This document shows positions 56,547-64,000 of a DNA stretch of 64,000 nt, one piece after another (position 1 is the first letter of the stretch; every line of letters begins with the position of its first letter). Position numbers and translations under genes: made by a program. Where the stretch lies: the NCBI GenBank assembly GCA_965219455.1, contig OZ244744.1, positions 992,001-1,056,000 on the forward strand, in the 5' to 3' direction. The DNA is from Candidatus Latescibacterota bacterium. GTDB taxonomy: Bacteria > Latescibacterota > UBA2968 > GCA-2709665. The notes beneath the pieces are model-generated. The model saw nothing but the letters and a program-made list of their open reading frames with translations. It had not been told where the DNA came from and did no database searches.

Positions 56547-58874
56547 ATGAACTCGACGATTCGATGGGGCATCGGCGGCGCCGGAGGCGCTTATTTTCTG
56601 GCTACGCCGGGTGAACTCGTAATCGACCTACTTAAACGCGACCGCAACGTCCACAACCGCCGCACGGATCTGCGCGCGCTTCTGATAACGCCCGACCGGA
56701 AGGTTGTACAGGAGGTTACCTTGCCGGACACCGGCCCCGGCGACGGCGCCGGCCCGCTTCAACGGGCCCGGCTGTCCACGCACGTCAACCACAAGGGCAT
56801 CTATAAACTCAACGTCACCATCTCCCAGGACAGATACGGCGAGGAGATCGTCTGGGCGTTTCGAACCAACTGCAAGCGTTACCTCGTCGAGACTTCCCGC
56901 GGCCACAAAGACGCCGCGCACCAGGAACCCATCGTCCTGCTCTCGCCGGAGTATCCCGGCGACGTCTGCTTTCTTCCTCCCGAAGGCGCGTTTTCCGTTG
57001 AAATCGGAGACCTGCCCGACACCGTGGAAACGCTGCCGGTGTTCGACGCTTCAGGGAGCCTCGTTGATACCCTGACTGTTCAGGGCGGACGCGCCACCCA
57101 TACGTTCACCGGGCACACTCACCGGTCCGCACCCTGGCGTCTCCACCTGCCCGCCCAGCAAGCCGTAATCCACGTCGACGGGGTCACGCGCTGGTCCGAT
57201 GACGATCCGCACGCGAACATGTCCTACTGGACCCCGCACCTGGATTCTTTCTTCCCCCTCCACCCCTGCCGCTGGCTTCTGACGCCCTACAACAGGAACC
57301 TTTACGTCCGCCCGGGCGAGTCAGGAGCGGTCGACTTCCGGGTCCGGAACCATTCGTGCAGCCCGCAGACCGTGCGCCTGGCGCCCGAATACGACGAGGA
57401 CGCGGCCTTTCCCGTCCGGCTCTCCGAGGACACCTTCGATCTCCGCCCAATGGAAAGTGCCGGCGTCACCGCCCGCTACAGCATGCCCGATACGGCAGGC
57501 GAAAGTGAAATTCTAACGTGCCGACTGCGGGCGACTTCCGAAAAACATCCTGAAGTGTCCACGTATTCAACGCTGACGCTCAGGGCCGGAACTTCACCCG
57601 TCCGGCGTGCCATCAGACTGCCCCTGGTGTTGAAACCCTATGAACACGAGAACGCACAGTTCGGCTATGTACCCGACTGTCCCGTGGAGAATCAGATCTA
57701 CTTCGGCCTCGACAACCGGCCCTTCGTACGGACCGAAACTGGTATCACCGCGTTGCGGGACGGTCGCTGGACGACGTCCGACTTCAGAGATTCCGTCCGG
57801 GACTTTGAGAACGCCGCCTTTGGAACCGCGTCCACCAAGATTGCCTTCGATGCCAAGAATTTACTATATCTTGTGGCCAATGTCAATGGTCAACCCAACC
57901 TGCTGTATTCCACCGATCACGGCCTTACTTTCTCCGCGTGCGCTATTCCCGGAAAAGAAAGATTTCCGCTCACTTTTGATATCGAATGGTTTACGGGTCA
58001 TAACACGTGCGACGGTCCGCCGCCCCTCCTTCGTTACGCCCGCACTGGAGAAGATGTACTTCATTTCTGGCGGAAAGTCAACGACCTCGAACTCTTTCTG
58101 CCGGAGAAAACGTCCGGGGGGCTCTCGATAGGTCGTCCGATTCTCGTATCAGACAATTGTATCGGCCTCTCACAGCACTCGGGTATTCCCGCCTCGGTGG
58201 TCTCGAAGCACGGGAAGGTGCACGTCATCTGGGCGGAAGCGACCGATCCGGACGAAGACGTCCCCGGCGTACCGACCTACGTCGCCACCATCGACAGAAA
58301 GACGCGGCAAATGAGCCCACCCGCGCTGGTCGGCTACGGACCGCCCGCAAACGACATCCACAATTCACCCAGCATCACCATGGACAGCCAGGGTTATCTT
58401 CACGCCCTGTCGGGTACCCACGGTTGTCCCTTCCCGTATTCCCGTTCACTGGCCCCCAACACCGCGGGCGGCGGCTGGTCCGAGCCTGCAGACGCCTGGC
58501 CGGATGCACGCCAGACCTACATCGGCTTCGTCTGTGATCCGGAAGACACGCTTCACTCCGCCTTCAGGCTCTGGTGGAACGGCACCGGCTACTTTCCTGC
58601 CGGCAATTACGCGACCCTCGCGCATCAGCGACGCCCTGCGGGCGGCTCCTGGCAGGAACCGCGGGTGCTTGTCGTGCCTCCGTTCTCGGAATACAGCGTG
58701 TTCTACCACCGCCTCACCATAGACCGTATCGGGCGGCTCTTCCTCTCGTACGACACCTTTTCCACCTACTGGTTCTATCGGAATGACCACCAGGGAAGCC
58801 GACGCTCGCTGATGATGTCCGATGACCGCGGAAGTAGCTGGAAGCTGGTGGAAACGTCCGATCTGGCCGGGTGA
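56547..58874 (+). CDS. BNR/Asp-box repeat beta-propeller protein with Ig-like domains
   Basis: YSTDHGLTF and MSDDRGSSW Asp-boxes; DIHNSPSITMDSQGYLH (BNR_4-like). Confidence 0.75.
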   Translation: MNSTIRWGIGGAGGAYFLATPGELVIDLLKRDRNVHNRRTDLRALLITPDRKVVQEVTLPDTGPGDGAGPLQRARLSTHVNHKGIYKLNVTISQDRYGEEIVWAFRTNCKRYLVETSRGHKDAAHQEPIVLLSPEYPGDVCFLPPEGAFSVEIGDLPDTVETLPVFDASGSLVDTLTVQGGRATHTFTGHTHRSAPWRLHLPAQQAVIHVDGVTRWSDDDPHANMSYWTPHLDSFFPLHPCRWLLTPYNRNLYVRPGESGAVDFRVRNHSCSPQTVRLAPEYDEDAAFPVRLSEDTFDLRPMESAGVTARYSMPDTAGESEILTCRLRATSEKHPEVSTYSTLTLRAGTSPVRRAIRLPLVLKPYEHENAQFGYVPDCPVENQIYFGLDNRPFVRTETGITALRDGRWTTSDFRDSVRDFENAAFGTASTKIAFDAKNLLYLVANVNGQPNLLYSTDHGLTFSACAIPGKERFPLTFDIEWFTGHNTCDGPPPLLRYARTGEDVLHFWRKVNDLELFLPEKTSGGLSIGRPILVSDNCIGLSQHSGIPASVVSKHGKVHVIWAEATDPDEDVPGVPTYVATIDRKTRQMSPPALVGYGPPANDIHNSPSITMDSQGYLHALSGTHGCPFPYSRSLAPNTAGGGWSEPADAWPDARQTYIGFVCDPEDTLHSAFRLWWNGTGYFPAGNYATLAHQRRPAGGSWQEPRVLVVPPFSEYSVFYHRLTIDRIGRLFLSYDTFSTYWFYRNDHQGSRRSLMMSDDRGSSWKLVETSDLAG

Positions 58875-58888
58875 AGGGATTACTCGCG

Positions 58889-60640
58889 ATGGCAGAGAGA
58901 AAGTTTCGCAGGAATGAACCGATCAGTGAAAACGCATCTGCGAGTAATGCCGAAATCTGCAAGGCAGCGGGCTCGGGCGACCTGGATCGTGTACGGTCTA
59001 TTCTGAAGCAGAAACCCGAACTCGCCTGCCGGGACGGAATACAGGGCTATCAGGCCATACACCACGCGGCGAGGGAGGGTCACATGGAGGTGGTCAGGCA
59101 CCTTCTGACGGCTGGCGCCAGCCCGACCCGGATAACCTACCGGGAGCGCGTGTCCGCCATCGATATGGCCAGGCACCACGGGCATACCGAAGTGGCCGAA
59201 GCGATGGAAGAATGGCGGTCCCAACACTCGGGTGAATCAGAAACAGGGATCCAGCTCTGCCAAGCCGCCGGCAGCGGTGATATTGAAGGCGTGAGGGAAC
59301 TGCTTGACACGGACCCTTCCGGGATACACTCGGTGAACAGGAGCGGCGACACGGCGCTGCACGCAGCCGTGGAAAACCATCGTATCACGGTGGTCGAGGA
59401 ACTCCTGGACCGGGGCGCCGATCCGAATCGATCCAACGCGCGGGGCAAAAAGCCCATCCATCTCACCTTCGGGCCTCGGCTCAAACGTGGTTGGGACCCA
59501 CCTCCGAGCCCGTTGTGGCCGGTCATAGGCGGTCTTCTGTTGGGACGGGGCGCAGAATACGATCTTTGGGTTGCGTGCGCAATCGGCGACGTCGACCGGG
59601 CGCGGGAAATCCTCGATGCCGATCCCGGGGCCGTAAACGATTGGTCCCGAAACTATCCCGGCATGGACGCCTATCCGATCACGATTGCCGCGGAGAAGGG
59701 CCACCACGAAGTTGTGCGCCTCCTGTTGGAACGGGGAGCGGATCCGGACACGCCATATGACAAGGACGAGGGATACCGCGTGGCGGAGCAAGGCGCCCCT
59801 CTGCATGCCGCGGCAGCCAACGACGATTTGCAGTTGGCGACACTGCTTCTGGCGCACGGGGCATCGGCACATACCGTGATGGATGCGTCCGGCAATGCAT
59901 TCAACCTGGCGATCTCCAACGGGAACGATGCGATGGAAAAACTGCTTTTGCGACACGGCGCATTTCCCGGGTATGACAACGCGATCACTCCAGGATTCTA
60001 TGCACAGCACAGTGACAATATCACTGTCGATGCAGCGCTCGTTAAATCCGATCCCTCGTGTGTCAAGGACGTTCTGAAAGGGGCCGTCCACGGCGGCCAT
60101 CCGGATCTCGTGGACCTCTGCCTCTCACGGAATCCGGGTTTTACGGAAAGCGAAATGCATGACGTGCTGTGCCTGGCAATGCGGGTGTGGCGGCTCCGGT
60201 GTCCGAGAAAACCGGGCGATGCGCGCGTGGAACACTTCTACGCCTGCTTCGAACTCCTTTTGGATTGCGGATTCGATCCGAACGCCCGCGCGAAGGAAGG
60301 CGGCTTGACCCCCCTTCATTGGACCGCGGAAATCACCTGGCACGTCAGCGAGCAGGATCGAATCGTTTTCGCGCAAAAGCTGCTGAACCACGGCGCCGAG
60401 ATAAGCGTGCTGGGCGGAGAAAGACAGTCGACGCCGCTGGCAATGGCAGTACGCTACGAGTGGCCCGAGCTTGCCAGGTTCATGCTGGAAGCGGGCGCCG
60501 ATCCGAATCTGGCGGGTGCGCAATGGGCGACACCACTGGCCTGGAGTGAGAAACCGCAGGGCCATAAGGAATATGAACGACTCGACTCGAAAGAAGCCGA
60601 TATGGGCGCTTTGCTGAGGAGATATGGCGCAAAGAAATAG
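58889..60640 (+). CDS. Ankyrin repeat protein
   Basis: Repeated TALHAA..G...VV..LL..GADPN units throughout. Confidence 0.92.
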   Translation: MAERKFRRNEPISENASASNAEICKAAGSGDLDRVRSILKQKPELACRDGIQGYQAIHHAAREGHMEVVRHLLTAGASPTRITYRERVSAIDMARHHGHTEVAEAMEEWRSQHSGESETGIQLCQAAGSGDIEGVRELLDTDPSGIHSVNRSGDTALHAAVENHRITVVEELLDRGADPNRSNARGKKPIHLTFGPRLKRGWDPPPSPLWPVIGGLLLGRGAEYDLWVACAIGDVDRAREILDADPGAVNDWSRNYPGMDAYPITIAAEKGHHEVVRLLLERGADPDTPYDKDEGYRVAEQGAPLHAAAANDDLQLATLLLAHGASAHTVMDASGNAFNLAISNGNDAMEKLLLRHGAFPGYDNAITPGFYAQHSDNITVDAALVKSDPSCVKDVLKGAVHGGHPDLVDLCLSRNPGFTESEMHDVLCLAMRVWRLRCPRKPGDARVEHFYACFELLLDCGFDPNARAKEGGLTPLHWTAEITWHVSEQDRIVFAQKLLNHGAEISVLGGERQSTPLAMAVRYEWPELARFMLEAGADPNLAGAQWATPLAWSEKPQGHKEYERLDSKEADMGALLRRYGAKK

Positions 60641-60744
60641 ACAGGAGAGAGAAAATCGGTATGGCCGACCAGAAGCAGCAGAAACAGCGTAGAGCTATCA
60701 GCAGTCCGCTTGAATCAAAAACCAAATCAGTTGACGTCATTGTC

Positions 60745-60900
60745 GTGACCTCTCCCCCCGGCCCCCTCTCCTAAAGGAAAGGGGGAGACTGGCGTTGACC
60801 CGTAACTATAAGTCGCGTGGATTCTTTAACTGTCGATATGTCTTCAACGGTTGTCCGTTCCTCCTTCCTTCAGGAAGGGGGAAAGGCGGTAGGTCTCGCC
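60745..60900. repeat. CCCCTCTCC...GGGGGAG REP-like repeats
   Basis: Reverse complement of the motif at 40513-40548, plus a degenerate second copy. Confidence 0.6.
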
Positions 60901-61115
60901 CTCACTCCCATCCAGTCCGGGTAGAGGAGGCATTGTTCGCAGCGTCAGACGCGCCGCTCACCGTCAAGCTCGAACGCCAGAACCACGCGTGACCTGAAGG
61001 CACGAAAAATCGCCGGTACAACAGGTCACCCGATACGCGGGCGGAGGCGGATTCTCTGCGCTCAAACGTCCAGCATTATTATTGTACAGGAAAAGCATGT
61101 AATTTACATACAAAA

Positions 61116-61343
61116 GCCGTTCACCCGCTCCTTCGTTTCACCGCTCGCGCGAACGGTCTGGGAATATGGGGGTTTTTCCGCGTTTTTCCGTCCAGCACAG
61201 CAGTACTGGTACATCTGACGGGCTCGTAGGTCGCCCAGACGCCATTTTGTCCTTTAGGGGATTCGCGGAAAAACCGGCCCCGTGCCGAGCGGCGCCCTTC
61301 TTTTTCGCCCTTTTTCTTGGGCGATGCAAGAAAAAGGGCAAGG
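61116..61343 (-). repeat. Structured ~220-nt dispersed element, copy C (inverted)
   Basis: Reverse complement has CCTTTTTCTTG-N-CAAGAAAAAGG, GCGCCGCTCGGCACGGGGCCGGTTTTTCCGCGAAT and CGCGGAAAAACCCCC. Confidence 0.8.
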
Positions 61344-61380
61344 GAATAAGGGACGTTAGGGGGTGGCGAGATGCGGTTGC

Positions 61381-61490
61381 TTCGGCAAGCTCAGTGTAAA
61401 CACTTCGACAAGCTCAGCGCAAGCAACGTCGCGAGACGGGATGAACCGGCCTGCCTGCTGAAGCATGCGAGGCAGGCGGATGAATGGTGA
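61381..61490. repeat. CTTCGACAAGCTCAG repeat plus tail, homologous to 1118-1180
   Basis: Aligns to 1118-1180 apart from a 27-bp insertion. Confidence 0.8.
61450..61476. mobile_element. 27-bp mini-palindrome (inverted)
   Basis: Reverse complement CCTGCCTCGCATGCTTCAGCAGGCAGG; empty site GAACCGG^CGGATGAATGG present at 1158-1175. Confidence 0.85.
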
Positions 61491-61522
61491 CACATTTTTG
61501 GGATGGGACAAAGGAATTCCTT

Positions 61523-63757
61523 ATGACGATTGCAGCAGAACCCGAACGATACGGCCTTGCCACCCTCGATCCGGACGGTGAGATCGTTGCCGGCAGCTAC
61601 GGCACCTGGAAACTCACCTACACGGCGGGCTCGGAAGGGGTGGCGCCCGGCGGCAGCATACGGGTCGACACCGACTCGGACACCGACTGGGCGATTCCCC
61701 AGTTCCAGGACCCCGCCGGCGCGGACTATATGACGGTTGAAGCGCCGGCAAGAGTGCATGTGGGCGTCCTCAATCAAAGTGTCACGTCCCTGGTCTTGCT
61801 CGTGCATGGACGCGGACTTGAGTCCGGCGAGAAGGTCATCCTCATTTATGGGGACCGCAGCGGCGGGGGGCCGGGTTCCCGTGCGCAGACCTTCGTGGAG
61901 GCGAAGCGCTACTTCCGGGTCGCTGTGGATACGAACGGCAGCGGCGCCTGCACCGAACTGAAGGACTCGCCCTGTGTTTCCATCGTGGGCGGACCCGCGG
62001 ACCGGATGATCGTTGTCGCGCCGTCAACCGCGACTGTCGGAGACCCGTTTCGCCTGATGGTCAAGGCGGAAGACGCCTGGGGAAACCCGTCCGCGGAATA
62101 CGCGGGAAGCGTGGAACTCATCGGGGACGGCGTGAAGCTCGCCGAACAATCCCTCATCTTCCAGCGCGAACACAACGGCGTTCGCTGGATGGAGGGATGC
62201 ACCCCTTCACGGCCCGGCGTTTACAGAATCACCGCAACGGACACGCAGTCCGGACTGGAGGCACGGAGCAATCCCGTCGTCTGCAGGGATCAACCCGAAC
62301 CCTACGGCCTTTATTGGGGTGACTACCACGGGGGCCAGGTGGCGCTGGCAGAGAAGATTTCCGGCTTCTTTCGCTACGCACGTGACGTGGCCGCCATCCA
62401 GTTCGCCAGCTACCAGCGCAACGACCACGCCGTCTCAAAATCCGACTGGGAGATCCAGCAGCGGGCTGAGCGGGAGTTTTACCAGCCCGGACGGTTTATT
62501 GCCATCCCGGGATTCGAATGGTCTCCAAAGACGGAGGCGGGCGGCCACCACAATGTCTACTTTCGACGGCACGATCAACCCATTCGCCGGTCCAGCCGCC
62601 AGGCCCTTCGGGACCGTTCGGACGTCGACACGGACATTCATCACATAACGGACCTGTATCGGACCTACCGCGGCACGGACACCGTCATCACGCCCCACGT
62701 TGGCGGCGAACACTCCGACCTCAACCACCACGATCCCGGGCTGGAACCGGCCGTGGAAGTCACCTCAACACACGGCAGCTTCGAGTGGTTCCTGCGGGAA
62801 ACCCTGGAGCACGGATACAAACTCGGCTTCTTCGGTGGCAGCGACAGCCACACGGGAAGGCCCGGCGACGACCGTCCCGGCCACCAGCACCGGCGCTACG
62901 CAAAGGCGGGGCTTGCGGCCGTTTACGCCACCGAGGTAAGCCTGGAAGCCCTTCTGGAAGCCCTGAAGGCGCGCCGATGCTATGCCACCACTGGCGCACG
63001 GATCGTTCTGCACACGGAAATGGACGGCCACCTGATGGGCAGCGAACCCATAACCCACTCCCCGCCCAAGATCTCGGTATCCGTCATCGGGACCGCACCC
63101 CTGGAATCCGTGGAACTCTTCCGCGGGCTGGAAACCCTCCACACGCACCCCCTCACTGTAGCGCCCGCCCATAACCGGGTCCGCATCCTATGGGAAGGCG
63201 CGAGTCGAAAAAGCAGCTACTCGGGCGTTATCTGGGACGGGACCCTGGATCTGGACGGCGCCAGGATCACGGCGGTTGAAAAGCTGCGCTTCGACAGCCC
63301 GCGCTCAGACATTCTGGACCGCGGCGAAAGCAGCATGCGTTGGCACTCGGTAACCTGTGGGTACCGGAGCGGCGTGATCCTGGACCTGAATGCGGACCCG
63401 GACGCCGAACTCCGGCTTGCGATCCATACCTCGCTCATTGCAGGCCCCACCTACGGCGGCCACGGCGAAACAGGACCCAGGCGGATATCCTACGCCCCCG
63501 CCGAGAGAGTAAGCCTGAGCGTTAGCCTCCGGGAGCTTCGCGAACAGCCCATGGAGATAGACACCGGCCTTCTCGAGCGAAAGGTCACTGTCTCCCTCGC
63601 GCCCGAACAATCCGCGACGGATACCGCCGAATTCACCTTCACCGACCCCGCGCCTGTTCCGGGCGTGAACCCCTACTGGGTGCGGGTGGTACAAACCGAC
63701 ATGGAAATGGCCTGGTCCAGTCCCATCTTTGTGGATTACGCGCCGCCGGGGCCATGA
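61523..63757 (+). CDS. DUF3604 / CehA-McbA-like PHP metallohydrolase
   Basis: YWGDYH, GFEWS..GGHHNV, PHVGG, GGSDSHTGRPG, RRCYATTG, MAWSSP. Confidence 0.8.
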   Translation: MTIAAEPERYGLATLDPDGEIVAGSYGTWKLTYTAGSEGVAPGGSIRVDTDSDTDWAIPQFQDPAGADYMTVEAPARVHVGVLNQSVTSLVLLVHGRGLESGEKVILIYGDRSGGGPGSRAQTFVEAKRYFRVAVDTNGSGACTELKDSPCVSIVGGPADRMIVVAPSTATVGDPFRLMVKAEDAWGNPSAEYAGSVELIGDGVKLAEQSLIFQREHNGVRWMEGCTPSRPGVYRITATDTQSGLEARSNPVVCRDQPEPYGLYWGDYHGGQVALAEKISGFFRYARDVAAIQFASYQRNDHAVSKSDWEIQQRAEREFYQPGRFIAIPGFEWSPKTEAGGHHNVYFRRHDQPIRRSSRQALRDRSDVDTDIHHITDLYRTYRGTDTVITPHVGGEHSDLNHHDPGLEPAVEVTSTHGSFEWFLRETLEHGYKLGFFGGSDSHTGRPGDDRPGHQHRRYAKAGLAAVYATEVSLEALLEALKARRCYATTGARIVLHTEMDGHLMGSEPITHSPPKISVSVIGTAPLESVELFRGLETLHTHPLTVAPAHNRVRILWEGASRKSSYSGVIWDGTLDLDGARITAVEKLRFDSPRSDILDRGESSMRWHSVTCGYRSGVILDLNADPDAELRLAIHTSLIAGPTYGGHGETGPRRISYAPAERVSLSVSLRELREQPMEIDTGLLERKVTVSLAPEQSATDTAEFTFTDPAPVPGVNPYWVRVVQTDMEMAWSSPIFVDYAPPGP

Positions 63758-63816
63758 ACGTCCGCTCGTCTGCCTGTCGCTTGCCGCAATCCGACCCAGG
63801 ACAGGTGTAAATCCCG

Positions 63817-64000
63817 ATGTCGAGATCGACAATGCATCCTGACCGGGATCATCTCCGGCTCGAGCAGTATGGAGATTCGACAAATCTCAACGCGCGATAC
63901 GAACTCCACGCCCGATTCAGCACGAACAGGTACGGTTGGCACCCATGGGTCTTCGATCAACTTTCAGTGCCAAGGAACGGGAAGATCCTGGAGGTCGGGT
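63817..64000 (+). CDS. Class I SAM-dependent methyltransferase, N-terminal part (runs off window)
   Basis: Manual translation: QYGDSTNLNARYELHARFSTNRYGWHPWVFDQL...ILEVG (start of motif I). Confidence 0.7.
   Translation, partial: MSRSTMHPDRDHLRLEQYGDSTNLNARYELHARFSTNRYGWHPWVFDQLSVPRNGKILEVG

Overview
GC-rich bacterial chromosomal window. Gene content (many Gfo/Idh/MocA, lyase-like, PHP, BNR and ankyrin proteins, plus a TonB) suggests a diderm heterotroph, possibly a Latescibacterota/Poribacteria-like host-associated lineage; this is inference only. Most of it is minus-strand catabolic/housekeeping genes: an EhpF/GriC + EhpG/GriD-like carboxylate-reductase pair, LarA, lyases, proA, a thiolase/DUF35/CoA-ligase module, UxuA, HpcH, an HDAC family protein and an ABC-F. 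These are interrupted by lower-GC accessory patches: 13.9-18.2 kb (IS1595 and IS21 remnants, a putative RelE-type TA pair, a frameshifted SBP), 20.7-23.3 kb (orphan paralogous membrane proteins) and 50.6-56.0 kb (IS630, an SBP and an IS4 remnant between two diverged copies of a hydrolase-end/tonB segment). A HEPN-MNT TA pair is also present. The most striking signal is non-coding: a 27/33-bp palindrome (CCTGCCT...GCAGGCAGG) found five times. It sits at purine^pyrimidine steps without target duplication, with empty-site counterparts visible inside this window and one copy in frame inside a transposase gene. A ~200-220-nt element with covarying long-range stems occurs three times, in composite repeat clusters. 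No rRNA, tRNA or CRISPR array was seen. All calls were made by eye; no database searches were run.
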